IMG/VR virus record: IMGVR_UViG_3300018059_000546
Direction: 5' to 3' (one strand)
Origin: a virus
Length of the DNA stretch: 64,000 nucleotides
Shown here: positions 45,797 through 55,515 of the stretch, one piece after another
Position numbering within the stretch: the first letter of the stretch is position 1
Layout of the letters: the number at the start of each line of letters is the position of its first letter
Notes under the pieces: generated by a model
Seen by the model: only the letters and a program-made list of their open reading frames with translations
The model's database searches: none
Told to the model about the DNA's origin: nothing
Translations under genes and position numbers: made by a program

Positions 45797-46735
45797 ATGT
45801 CAACACTACGTAAAAACTACTCTGTCAAGAGACTTCGGCAAGAAAATCTTCTTCATGAAGCTATCATTGATGCTTTCTCTAACAATTCTGGCAATGTGCA
45901 AAAGGTCAAAACTGCTCTGACAGGAGCGAAAAACGTGGCCCAAACGTACGGCATGAAGAGCATCTTAACAGCTATCGCGACGGCTGAACAAAAATTCATG
46001 GCCGGAATAGCGAATCCAAAGGCCGCAGGAGACTCCATCTCGTACATCCTGACTTTCAGCGACATCATGGCAGAATTTTTCCAGCAGATGGACCAATGGG
46101 TCATGCAATTGCCTGCAGTTTCTCAAGCAATGGATGCGTCAGATGATCCTGTTAACGCTCAGAAGACATTGAAAGAACTTCTTGGTGACCAGGCTCCAAC
46201 CCTCACGAACATCGTTCAAAAACAATTTGATAAGAGCGCTGGAGGATTCATGAAATCGCTTGGTCGTCTGTTCAAGTCTGGAAGAATGACGTCTGCTAAA
46301 GACGCGCTCACATTTGTCGGTCTAAATGCTCAGGCGGCTGCAGAAGATATTTTGAACATCCAAGTTTCGAAGTACAAACAACTTCTGCAAGCTGGTAAGC
46401 AGGTCCAAGCTCCCCAGATCACTCCACCAAACCCTAATCAGAATCCACAAAGTGGTTCTACCCAATCCACTCCTAGCACTCATGCCCAAGCGGCACAAAC
46501 TAGCCAACCGACCCAAGCTCCCGTTCCTGCCCAGGGAACAACAACGTCAACAGGGAACGCTCAACTTGCTCAGAAACCTTCTCCTGAAGATGCTCAGAAG
46601 AGAGATACGACCCTTCAGGGTGTTGTTAAGAACAGAAATGCTTTCAACACTCAATTGATGAGCCAGTTGTCTAACGACGAAATTAAGTCAGATCTTCTGC
46701 AGATCGCTCAGTCTCTCGGAATCAAATTAGTATAA
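45797..46735 (+). CDS. Hypothetical helical protein with Gln/Pro/Thr-rich linker (candidate internal head protein)
   Basis: Track ORF 45626..46735; likely ATG 45797 (or 45782) after TAGTTA at 45777-45782. Confidence 0.7.
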   Translation: MSTLRKNYSVKRLRQENLLHEAIIDAFSNNSGNVQKVKTALTGAKNVAQTYGMKSILTAIATAEQKFMAGIANPKAAGDSISYILTFSDIMAEFFQQMDQWVMQLPAVSQAMDASDDPVNAQKTLKELLGDQAPTLTNIVQKQFDKSAGGFMKSLGRLFKSGRMTSAKDALTFVGLNAQAAAEDILNIQVSKYKQLLQAGKQVQAPQITPPNPNQNPQSGSTQSTPSTHAQAAQTSQPTQAPVPAQGTTTSTGNAQLAQKPSPEDAQKRDTTLQGVVKNRNAFNTQLMSQLSNDEIKSDLLQIAQSLGIKLV

Positions 46736-47921
46736 CTCCTGCGAGGTTATTTTCCATGGTCTTTTCGAATTTTTTCGTGAAAACATTGGATGCAATGTAC
46801 GTTGGAACAGGTATCACGTTTCCATCGATTTCGACCACTCCAAATTGGAGGCATGCTCGAACGAGTCGTAAGAAAGAATCTAAAACAGATTCGATGTGAT
46901 CATACTGTTTACCAAGCGGAACGCTGATCTTCAGGCAATTTGTGGACAGGGTGGCCATCCGTCCCTCTAACATCTTTCGTCTAACCTCATCCGTATCTGA
47001 TGCACGTTTCTGGAGATTTCTCAGATGTTGTTTAACACTTCGGGTTGTCTGGGGATTGATTATTACCAGCTTACCATTTTTGAAAATGACTCGTTCTAAC
47101 CTTGGTGCAGCGTCTGCTGAGATTGTACGAATGAGATCTCCCTTGTCAGATGACACGAGATCACCCGCAGATACCATGGCAAGATCGACTAAGGTATTTA
47201 GGTCTTCGATGTCAAATCTCACCTGAATTAGGAGCACATTCAACTTACCAATGATCTTGTTATGTTGAATGGTAGAGATTACATCATTGGCAAAGTTTCT
47301 GGCGAAGATGATTCCAGGAGTGGCATCCTTCGATAGATACTCCAAAATTCCGTGCACCTCTCCCACAGTTTCGATGAAACCGTCAATGATGAAGCACTTC
47401 ACATTTCGTTCGTCGAACTGACATTTCATGGGACTTTCGAGATTGAAGACGTAACCATCCATCTTCTCAAGGATGGTTTTGACAACGTGCTCTCTCCTCA
47501 AGAAAATGTTCCCGTCGGTTTCTATCAACCCCAGAACTGTCATGAGAAATTCATGGTATCTCTCTTCAAATCGATCAAATATCATCTTTTCGAAGTCTCC
47601 AGTTCGAGGATACCGGCTATGCATCATTTCTTGTTCTAATGCCTTAACATCTTTCAACTTTCTTCCTGTAAGGATGTTCTTAGCGACGTCAACTCCAGAA
47701 TTAACTCCGATCGATTCACTCTTCAAAGCATGCTGTTCAAGAACATCTAGGATGATGTTTTGAACAGGGTCGGGTGTACGCAACCATCCGAGAAAATTCT
47801 TTCCTTCGATGAGATGGTTCTCTCCGATGCTTACAAGTGAGAGCTCTTCAGGATTCCACCTTCCAAACATCTTTCGAAGATCATCTAACCCACGTAGCAG
47901 ATCTCGCTTATCGTAGAACAC
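46722..47921 (-). CDS. Divergent, shortened GroEL/Cpn60-like protein
   Basis: DGYVF...FIIDGFIE...ILE...IIFAR-x-F...NK-x-x-GKLNV...LVDLA...LEGRMATL follows the GroEL apical/intermediate domains; no GDGTT motif. Confidence 0.6.
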   Translation of the reverse strand: MFYDKRDLLRGLDDLRKMFGRWNPEELSLVSIGENHLIEGKNFLGWLRTPDPVQNIILDVLEQHALKSESIGVNSGVDVAKNILTGRKLKDVKALEQEMMHSRYPRTGDFEKMIFDRFEERYHEFLMTVLGLIETDGNIFLRREHVVKTILEKMDGYVFNLESPMKCQFDERNVKCFIIDGFIETVGEVHGILEYLSKDATPGIIFARNFANDVISTIQHNKIIGKLNVLLIQVRFDIEDLNTLVDLAMVSAGDLVSSDKGDLIRTISADAAPRLERVIFKNGKLVIINPQTTRSVKQHLRNLQKRASDTDEVRRKMLEGRMATLSTNCLKISVPLGKQYDHIESVLDSFLRLVRACLQFGVVEIDGNVIPVPTYIASNVFTKKFEKTMENNLAGVILI

Positions 47922-47960
47922 GATGGTAATTCTTGTTCAGAATCATCAAGATTTGCAATT

Positions 47961-48335
47961 TCAGTGAAAACTAATGTGAGACGCCACGGCATCCCAGATG
48001 ACTTTGGCCACCATCGTAATGACCGACAGAACGGCCGCAAAGACGTACTTTCGATAAAGTTTTAGCTTATCTTCAGTGTCAGCCACCCGCTGCACGATCT
48101 TTTCGACGTCATGATCAGTTTCAATTTTTTCGGTTTGAACTCGAACGAAGAGACCTGTCTGCGGATTGAAGACAGCTTCGTTCAGTTTATCGACGTTCTT
48201 TTCGATATTGTCGACTTTTTGGAAGAGTAGATCGAAACCACCGTTCAAAACGGGGGCATCCAACTTTTCTTCGAGCTTCGACAGAAATTTGAGAAGTTCT
48301 CCTTGACGGGAAGGAACGACTTTTGAACCGGCCAT
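47961..48335 (-). CDS. Coiled-coil protein with C-terminal transmembrane helix (holin-like candidate)
   Basis: YVFAAVLSVITMVAKVIW hydrophobic segment; TATTTA 5 nt upstream. Confidence 0.6.
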   Translation of the reverse strand: MAGSKVVPSRQGELLKFLSKLEEKLDAPVLNGGFDLLFQKVDNIEKNVDKLNEAVFNPQTGLFVRVQTEKIETDHDVEKIVQRVADTEDKLKLYRKYVFAAVLSVITMVAKVIWDAVASHISFH

Positions 48336-48474
48336 GTCTTTAAATAGTATACAATACTATTGGAGACCATTATAATGACGTCCGGACAAGCCGTCCGTCT
48401 CTTAAAGATTTAATAGTATCTTTAAAGACTGTTAATACAGTTAAGAAGTAGACGGGCGCGTAGTAAAATTCGAA

Positions 48475-48503
48475 GTACACTTTTCAAAATAGTGGTGTAC
48501 TCT
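48475..48503 (+). promoter_or_regulatory. Putative promoter GTACAC-N17-TACTCT for the glycan cluster
   Basis: 8 nt before ATG 48512; overlapped by an AGTACAC/GTGTACT inverted repeat. Confidence 0.4.
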
Positions 48504-48511
48504 ATGAAAAG

Positions 48512-50461
48512 ATGAACTTTTTCGATGCTATTCAGTCCAAGAGTCAGATCAAACCCGACACGCAAGTCATCTTTGTTGCCGATCTCTTCGTAGAAACATA
48601 CGTGGGAGGAGCTGAGCTGACGACAGAAGCTTTGGTCGCTTCATCGCCCTATCGAGTCCAGAAGGTTTTTTCTCGAGATGTCTCGAAAGAGATGATCGAC
48701 CAACACAAGGACAAAGCATGGATCTTTGGAAACATAGCCATGCTCAATCCGGCTGTAGTACCTGCGATCATGGGAAACTGCAAGTACGTTGTGCTAGAGT
48801 ACGATTACAAGTTCTGTGCTCATAGATCACTTGAAAAGCATCTTGCAGTCGAGGGTAAACCATGCGATTGCCATGAGAAGCCGATCGGTGATCTCATCTC
48901 CACGTTTTTCGGTAACTCGTCTGGAATCTTCTGGATGTCAGAACAGCAGCAGGAAATCTACAGGAATAAGTTCCCATCTCTCGAAGACACGGACCAGTAC
49001 GTTCTATCCTCAGTCTTCGATGAAACGTTCTTCATGTCGTTGAAGATTCTCAGGGAGAAGTACAAGGATCACGACAGGACAGAGTGGTTGGTCCTCAGGT
49101 CGAATTCTTGGATCAAGGGTAGCGAAGCCGGGGTGGAGTATTGCAAGAAAAACTCGCTTCCCTACAGAGAAATTTCAGGACTTTCTTACGACGCACTTCT
49201 CGAAGAATTAGCCCAAGCGAAGGGTTTCGTCTTCCTCCCTCCGGGTGGAGATACATGTCCACGCATCGTGATCGAAGCGAAACTCTTGGGTTGCGAATTG
49301 GTGCTCAATGATAACGTGCAGCATGCCAAAGAAATGTGGTTCGAGACATCCGACCTGGCCGAGATCGAACAGTATCTCTACGCCTCCCGCGAACTCTTCT
49401 GGAATTTCGTCAAGAACGAAATCGTCGAAAAGATTCCGAGACTCAGTGGATACACTACGACGTACAATTGCGTTTCTCAGAAGTATCCATTCGAACAATG
49501 TGTGCAGTCAATGCTCGATTTTTGCGACGAAGTTGTTGTCGTCGACGGTGGGTCGACCGATGGAACGTTAGCAGTTCTCATAGGATTGCAGCGTCAAAAT
49601 CTTATCGAATCGACTGATGAGTACATCTACGATAAAGATTTGAATGAAAAGTCTAGGTTGAAAGTGCAAGTAATTGCTCGTGATTGGTCCCATCCGAGAT
49701 TTGCAGTTTTCGATGGAATGCAGAAGGCCGAAGCTCGAGCACTTTGTACGGGGGATTTCTGTTTGCAACTTGATGCCGACGAAATTATATCTACTGATGA
49801 TGGTCCAAAATTTCGTAATCTCATTTGTAATTTTCCAAAGGGTGTCGACCTTGTTTCATTACCTGTGATAGAAGGGTGGGGAACTTTTGACAAAACAAGA
49901 ATTGACATAACTCCATGGAAATGGAGACTTAGTCGAAATGTTCGTGGCATTACGCATGGTGTTCCAATTACCCATCGTAAATTCGATGAAAATGGGCAAT
50001 TGTATGCAATTCAGGGTACAGACGGTTGCGATATGATTAGCTCTCGAACAGGTGAATCAATACCTTTCGTCGGGTTTTACGACAAAAAAGCCCATGAGCT
50101 TCGTCAACTAGCTCTTTCTGGAAATGAACAAGCTCGTGTCGCATATGAAAATTGGTTCAATGACGTAATCGACCAATTGCCTTCTGTGTTTCATTTTTCG
50201 TGGATGAATATTGAAAGAAAAATTCGTACTTACAGAGATTATTGGCAATCGCATTGGCTTAGTTTGTATAACCAGCAAGTTGACGACATCCCTGAAAACA
50301 ACATGTTTTTTGACAAGTCTTGGAAAGATGTCACCAATGACGATATTGAGAAACTTTCACACCAGTTGGCAGCAAAAACTGGTGGACATATTTTTCACTC
50401 TAAGTGGAAGGGTCATTCGACGCCCTCGATTGCGTGTCGCAAGAAAGTTCCTTCGTTGTAA
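48512..50461 (+). CDS. Two-domain glycosyltransferase (GT-B-like + GT2/GT-A)
   Basis: N-half GGAE...DTCPRIVIEAKLLG; C-half DEVVVVDGGSTDGT...LQLDADE. Confidence 0.85.
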   Translation: MNFFDAIQSKSQIKPDTQVIFVADLFVETYVGGAELTTEALVASSPYRVQKVFSRDVSKEMIDQHKDKAWIFGNIAMLNPAVVPAIMGNCKYVVLEYDYKFCAHRSLEKHLAVEGKPCDCHEKPIGDLISTFFGNSSGIFWMSEQQQEIYRNKFPSLEDTDQYVLSSVFDETFFMSLKILREKYKDHDRTEWLVLRSNSWIKGSEAGVEYCKKNSLPYREISGLSYDALLEELAQAKGFVFLPPGGDTCPRIVIEAKLLGCELVLNDNVQHAKEMWFETSDLAEIEQYLYASRELFWNFVKNEIVEKIPRLSGYTTTYNCVSQKYPFEQCVQSMLDFCDEVVVVDGGSTDGTLAVLIGLQRQNLIESTDEYIYDKDLNEKSRLKVQVIARDWSHPRFAVFDGMQKAEARALCTGDFCLQLDADEIISTDDGPKFRNLICNFPKGVDLVSLPVIEGWGTFDKTRIDITPWKWRLSRNVRGITHGVPITHRKFDENGQLYAIQGTDGCDMISSRTGESIPFVGFYDKKAHELRQLALSGNEQARVAYENWFNDVIDQLPSVFHFSWMNIERKIRTYRDYWQSHWLSLYNQQVDDIPENNMFFDKSWKDVTNDDIEKLSHQLAAKTGGHIFHSKWKGHSTPSIACRKKVPSL

Positions 50462-51087
50462 TGTGGTACGTGTACGTAGACGAAACTCTAGAAGTCGTTC
50501 CAAGAATTTACTACATTGGAATGGGTTCTCTTGGTAGAACAAAATGTGTCAAACGAAACAGTAAGCATACAGGAATTAGACACAAATATGGATTTGTCAG
50601 AAAGATAGTTTTTTCTACGTTTATTCGAAATCTTGCAATAGAATTTGAAAAACAACAAATTGTAGAGTGCAAAACTTTCATAGACGATCCTTTGTCAGAT
50701 GATATTGCATGTAATTTCACAACAGGTGGTGAAGGAAGCAAGGACGTTTCCGAACAAACAAAGAAAAAGTTATCGCGCTCTCGGCAAGGAAAAAAATCGT
50801 CACTACCTACAAGAAAAAAACAAAGAGAAGCACTTCGTGGAAGATCTTTTTCTATTGAACACCGCCGACGTTTAAGAGAGATTGCAAAAAAGAAAAATCT
50901 CTCTGAACAAACTCTCCAAAAAAGAAGAGACGCTCAAAAGAAAAAAGTAATTCAGCTGCTTAACGACAAAATTGTTGAATACTTCGACAGTGTCTTGTCT
51001 GCAAAAGAATTTACAGGATTTTCTAATATTGATCGTGCTGCTAGGCAAGGTACGACAGCCGGTGGATTTCACTGGAAATATGTCTAA
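50461..51087 (+). CDS. GIY-YIG-like homing endonuclease with NUMOD3/NUMOD1 repeats
   Basis: MWYVYVDETLEVVPRIYYIGMG...NFTTGGEG...FDSVLSA...TAGGFHWKY. Confidence 0.78.
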   Translation: MWYVYVDETLEVVPRIYYIGMGSLGRTKCVKRNSKHTGIRHKYGFVRKIVFSTFIRNLAIEFEKQQIVECKTFIDDPLSDDIACNFTTGGEGSKDVSEQTKKKLSRSRQGKKSSLPTRKKQREALRGRSFSIEHRRRLREIAKKKNLSEQTLQKRRDAQKKKVIQLLNDKIVEYFDSVLSAKEFTGFSNIDRAARQGTTAGGFHWKYV

Positions 51088-52236
51088 ATGGGCGGGAACG
51101 CTAAAGCTGTCTATCGAAACACCGGAACCGTCCAAATATTCGACGGACGGTTGGCGTACGCTGAAAAGATCGATCTAAGAGAAGTTCAACCTGAACAGTT
51201 CGTAGACGATGTGAAGAAGCTCGTTCTAGAATTGAACAAGCCGGGAGTTTGGCAGCCGTCTTCCGTAGAAAATGAAACGATCTACTTCGGATCTTTCGAC
51301 TCGCTTAGAGATCCAACAATTTCGAAGGAAGAGTACGTTACTTCCAAACCCATGATGGGTGACGTGGACATTGCAGTACCCTCCGTACGCATGGAGGCTT
51401 TGCACGACTTTCTAGTCCAACTCGAGGGCAAGGATATCACACCCAACTTCACGTACATCGGACAGAATCGCGTCGCTTTTAGCGGGAAGAAAGTCAACAC
51501 GATATTCTTCTACAAGCGATGCAAGAAATTCCTGCAGGTTGACTTCGAAGGGATGACATTCTTAAATAACGCACCCGAAGAGTACGTCAAGTTCATGCGT
51601 TCGAGCCCATGGAGAGATGTCAAGGAAGGTCTCAAGGGGCTTGGCCACAAGTATCTTCTCACCTGCTTGGCAAGAATAGTGTCGTACAAGAGCAACATAG
51701 TCATCCTGACGGATAAATCTCCGATCCATCCGGCGAACAAGGTCAGGATCAAGCTCTTAGATGAAATTCCTCACTCGTTGACGTTTTCGAAGGAAGGACT
51801 TCGAGATAAGTTGAAGCAGCAGACCCGTCTAGGATATCCTGTCATGGTCGAAGGGAAGTACGCGTACAAGGAAGTTTCGAAGGAAGAGTCGATCGGAGAA
51901 ACTAGCGTAAAGAAGATCTTCAAACGACTCTTTTCCAGAGAACCTCAAGGTAAAGATCTTGATGATTTTAGATCGTACATGGGGACTCTCGACCTGTGCC
52001 AGAAGTACCTCACCCGTGGAAAGATCGAATCCATCTACGAGTACATGGTGAACGTCAAACTATGGGGCCCCAAGGCCCAGGCCCTATCGAGGGATTCAGC
52101 CACGGATGATAAAGACATCAAAGAGATGATCATTTACACGATGGAGAGTAAATTCCCATTCTTGGTCGGAAACCTCCCACTGGAGGAGACCATGGACAAA
52201 TACTACCTGAAGTACGAGGAGCGTGAGGAAGAGTGA
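51088..52236 (+). CDS. Pol-beta-superfamily nucleotidyltransferase-like protein
   Basis: FGS...MGDVDIAV...LQVDF. Confidence 0.6.
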   Translation: MGGNAKAVYRNTGTVQIFDGRLAYAEKIDLREVQPEQFVDDVKKLVLELNKPGVWQPSSVENETIYFGSFDSLRDPTISKEEYVTSKPMMGDVDIAVPSVRMEALHDFLVQLEGKDITPNFTYIGQNRVAFSGKKVNTIFFYKRCKKFLQVDFEGMTFLNNAPEEYVKFMRSSPWRDVKEGLKGLGHKYLLTCLARIVSYKSNIVILTDKSPIHPANKVRIKLLDEIPHSLTFSKEGLRDKLKQQTRLGYPVMVEGKYAYKEVSKEESIGETSVKKIFKRLFSREPQGKDLDDFRSYMGTLDLCQKYLTRGKIESIYEYMVNVKLWGPKAQALSRDSATDDKDIKEMIIYTMESKFPFLVGNLPLEETMDKYYLKYEEREEE

Positions 52237-52976
52237 TGGAACATATCAAGATTCAAAAGTTGTTGACAGATTACGACATCGATCTCAGCACCGTTTCATT
52301 GGGAGATTTCGACCACATCGGAGAATACACGGCCAAGAAGAGCCGTGATAAGAATTCCCCTCTGTACGCAAATACCGGAGCCTACTTCAGACCGAACTAC
52401 GAACGAGGAATCCTGATCTACTCTCTCATCAAGCGTTTCAAGCTCAAGTCGTTCCTTGAAATCGGATTCGGTAGAGGTTACTCTGCCATCTGCGCCGCCA
52501 AGGCATTCCATGACATCGGTGTCGACGGAAAGGTGACGACCATTGACCCCGTTTTTGATAAAGAACAGCTCGAAACCATGTCCCAGGTATTTCCGAAAGA
52601 ATGGCTCGAAAAGATCGATCTGAAACAGGGTCTTTCGCAGCAAGTTCTCAAGGAGATGGATGGACCATGGGATTTCGTCTACATCGACGGCGACCATCAT
52701 GCAGCAGCCGTTCAGGCCGACTGGGATCTGACGAAGAACAAGTGGGGAAGTTTCCTGCTCTTCGATGACTATCACCTACCTTCGAAGAAAGAAGCGAACA
52801 TCGAATGTGCGATCGCAATCGATAGAATCGATGAAACTAAATTCGATGCTTCTAAGAAGTTGATCATCATGGATCGCAGAATTTTCTTGGACGATAGACG
52901 ATACACGGACGAAGCCATAGATTATGGTCAGTGTTTACTAGCAAAGAATAGTTTGCTAGAATCTGATGGATGGTGA
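52233..52976 (+). CDS. Class I SAM-dependent methyltransferase (Methyltransf_24-like)
   Basis: FLEIGFGRGYS, TIDP, DFVYIDGDH, LFDDY. Confidence 0.85.
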   Translation: MMEHIKIQKLLTDYDIDLSTVSLGDFDHIGEYTAKKSRDKNSPLYANTGAYFRPNYERGILIYSLIKRFKLKSFLEIGFGRGYSAICAAKAFHDIGVDGKVTTIDPVFDKEQLETMSQVFPKEWLEKIDLKQGLSQQVLKEMDGPWDFVYIDGDHHAAAVQADWDLTKNKWGSFLLFDDYHLPSKKEANIECAIAIDRIDETKFDASKKLIIMDRRIFLDDRRYTDEAIDYGQCLLAKNSLLESDGW

Positions 52977-53809
52977 TTTCTACTTACAAAATCAAAAGAC
53001 GATCTCATATTAGAGATGGAAGAAAGTCTCGATATCATGCAACAGAACAACTTATTGCAGAACTTCATTGCGATAATTGCGACACATGGTTTAGCATGAA
53101 GATCACTCCATCTTTTCTTATCAAACAAAAACATCATTTCTGTTCGAAAGAATGTATGAATTTAGCTGCTAAAAATGGTGGGAAACTTTTTGAAGCAAAA
53201 AAGAAAACATGTTTAGAGCACTTTGGGCATGAATCTCAAAATTCTGTCCAAAGCGTCAAAGACAAGAAAAAGAAGACATTCGTAGAGCGGTATGGAGTCG
53301 AAAATCCATTCGAATCTTCTGATATTAAACTGCAAATTCGTAAAAATATCTTAGAGAGGTACGGTGTTGAACACACGTCTCAAATTCCAGAAAGTCGACG
53401 AAAGTTCAGAATAACGTGCCTTGAAAGATTTGGAACAGAAAATCCTCTACAAAATCGAGAGATTTACTTAAAAGTTCTGAAATCACGATCCAAAACTACT
53501 TCATTGGTGCATTGGAAAACTCAAGAAGAACTTCTTTGCACGGCTTCTTACGAAATTGCATTTGTAGAATGGTGTAACAAAAACCATATTGATTTTGATT
53601 GGCAAATTTCCCATACGATGCCCGATGGACGCGTTTACAATATCGATGCATTCATCAAGGATGGAAAGTTTAGAAACACATGGATAGAAATCAAAGGGTG
53701 GAACTACGAGGGAGGAAAACAAAAGTGGGAATGGTTTCACTCTATCTACCCCGAATGTTCTCAAATGTGGAATGAATCACGTTTAAAAGAACTCGGGATT
53801 TTACTGTGA
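52970..53809 (+). CDS. Putative homing endonuclease: Zn finger, YGVEN-type repeats, PD-(D/E)xK nuclease
   Basis: CDNC...HHFCSKEC; ERYGVENP, ERYGVEH, ERFGTENP; ASYE...YNIDAF...WIEIKGW. Confidence 0.72.
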   Translation: MVISTYKIKRRSHIRDGRKSRYHATEQLIAELHCDNCDTWFSMKITPSFLIKQKHHFCSKECMNLAAKNGGKLFEAKKKTCLEHFGHESQNSVQSVKDKKKKTFVERYGVENPFESSDIKLQIRKNILERYGVEHTSQIPESRRKFRITCLERFGTENPLQNREIYLKVLKSRSKTTSLVHWKTQEELLCTASYEIAFVEWCNKNHIDFDWQISHTMPDGRVYNIDAFIKDGKFRNTWIEIKGWNYEGGKQKWEWFHSIYPECSQMWNESRLKELGILL

Positions 53810-54765
53810 AGGTGCTGAAGGTTCTAATCAATCGTGATCCTGTAGTTGGCCCCTGGGGTGGTGGTGCACGATTTCTAGAAGCTTTCCATTCTATGGCTAG
53901 GGAAAACGGCATTGAAATTGTAAAGACGCTCCAGCAGTCGCCTGATGTCATCTTTATTTTTCACCCTGATGAAGAAATAACAACAGCAGGATCGATCTCT
54001 AATGGAAAAGCAGAAGTCAACATGACAATCCGCGGTGTTTCATTCGACGCAGCCTTGGAACACAAAAGAAATCATCCGGATGTACAAATCATCGTTAGAG
54101 TGAATGAATGCGACGCGCGAAAAAGAACGACGGGTGTCGACGAGAAATGGATGCACATGATCCAACGCTCTGACCACGCGTTCTACGTGTCGAAATGGAT
54201 GGAAACGTACTTCGATTCTCGCATCCAGCATGTTCAGAAGTCCTCAGTCATCATCAACGGTGTTGATCGCAGTCTGTTCAAAAGAGCCAAGAAAATTTCT
54301 GATGTGACCGGAAAGGTCAACATCGTCTGCGCTCATTGGTCCGATAACTTCTTCAAAGGCCAGGATGTCTACGAATTTCTCGATCGTTTCGTAAGAACTC
54401 ACCAAGATTTCACCTTCACTTTCATTGGAAGAACCAAGGCGAACTTGAAGCATTCCCATCTTGTTTCAGCGCTTGATCCAAAGGACCTGGCTCTTGAGCT
54501 GTCCCGGTACGACGTGTGTGTGAACGGATCCAGATTCGATCCAGGACCCAACGCGGTGATCGAAAGCATCGCTGCAGGACTTCCAACGTACGTTCATGCA
54601 GACGGTGGCGGCGGAGTGGATTTCGCAGGAGCAGAACACGCCTTCAAAACTCTTCCAGAGCTAGAAAACATTCTCCTTTCTAAGAACTATCCCGCGAATC
54701 CGGATATTTTTCGCTCATGGGGAGACGTCATGGCACGTGTCTTCGATAGGATCAAGAGTCTATGA
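53806..54765 (+). CDS. Glycosyltransferase (GT4-like)
   Basis: PWGGG, VIINGVD, KGQD, SRFDPGPNAVIESIAAGLP. Confidence 0.85.
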   Translation: MKVLKVLINRDPVVGPWGGGARFLEAFHSMARENGIEIVKTLQQSPDVIFIFHPDEEITTAGSISNGKAEVNMTIRGVSFDAALEHKRNHPDVQIIVRVNECDARKRTTGVDEKWMHMIQRSDHAFYVSKWMETYFDSRIQHVQKSSVIINGVDRSLFKRAKKISDVTGKVNIVCAHWSDNFFKGQDVYEFLDRFVRTHQDFTFTFIGRTKANLKHSHLVSALDPKDLALELSRYDVCVNGSRFDPGPNAVIESIAAGLPTYVHADGGGGVDFAGAEHAFKTLPELENILLSKNYPANPDIFRSWGDVMARVFDRIKSL

Positions 54766-54950
54766 TTTCGACCACGGGTGACGATTTCGTCGTAACATTC
54801 ACGAAAGAATTCGTGGAAGATCTAGTAGCATACGCTGGCGATGGAAAGCTGAAGGGACGATTCGACGTAGATGGAAAACATCACGAATTCGAGGCGTCTT
54901 GCTCGGATGGAATCTACAAAGTCGTCATAAAGAAAGAAGCAAACAAATGA
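54762..54950 (+). CDS. Small hypothetical protein
   Basis: 62 aa with ATGA overlaps on both sides. Confidence 0.6.
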   Translation: MISTTGDDFVVTFTKEFVEDLVAYAGDGKLKGRFDVDGKHHEFEASCSDGIYKVVIKKEANK

Positions 54951-55318
54951 CTCTCGCTCAGATACACAGTTTTTCTAACATGATGAGCGAGATGCTCACC
55001 GAACGTTTGACCGTCTTCAAGGGTAAGACGGCAAATCGTCAGACAATGATGGAGCTCTACACGACGATCTTTAATCTCACGGCAGACATCTTCATCCAGT
55101 CCAAGGTCGAACTTTCGAATGAGGCGGTGAACCTCATCGCCCAGCTCTATTACGAGGATTGTTCTATCAACAATCGTAACGAAGTCGACAATACCGTCTA
55201 CACAAAGAAGGCTAAGCTCGAAAACATTCCGAACCACGAGCTTGTTATCATGACTAAGCTATGGAAGGACCATCCGTACGGCCAATTATTCGTAGAGACT
55301 TTGAAAAGGAGATCGTAA
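54947..55318 (+). CDS. Hypothetical protein
   Basis: MTLAQIHSF... from ATG 54947. Confidence 0.65.
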   Translation: MTLAQIHSFSNMMSEMLTERLTVFKGKTANRQTMMELYTTIFNLTADIFIQSKVELSNEAVNLIAQLYYEDCSINNRNEVDNTVYTKKAKLENIPNHELVIMTKLWKDHPYGQLFVETLKRRS

Positions 55319-55515
55319 TGAGATTATTATACTTTGCAATTGGAATTGCCATCGGCTTTTGTGGCGCAGATTTCATCGGTTCATGCAATCACATGAGCGA
55401 TTTTCACGGTGCCAAACCGAATACTGACGACGTCGTGAAACTGTGTCGTGTGGTCACCCACAGTAGCAGCGATGGATACAAGTACTGGTCGTGCGACAAG
55501 ATCGAGAAAAAATGA
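55318..55515 (+). CDS. Small protein with N-terminal hydrophobic segment
   Basis: MRLLYFAIGIAIGFCG...; AGGAG Shine-Dalgarno and TAATG coupling. Confidence 0.6.
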   Translation: MRLLYFAIGIAIGFCGADFIGSCNHMSDFHGAKPNTDDVVKLCRVVTHSSSDGYKYWSCDKIEKK

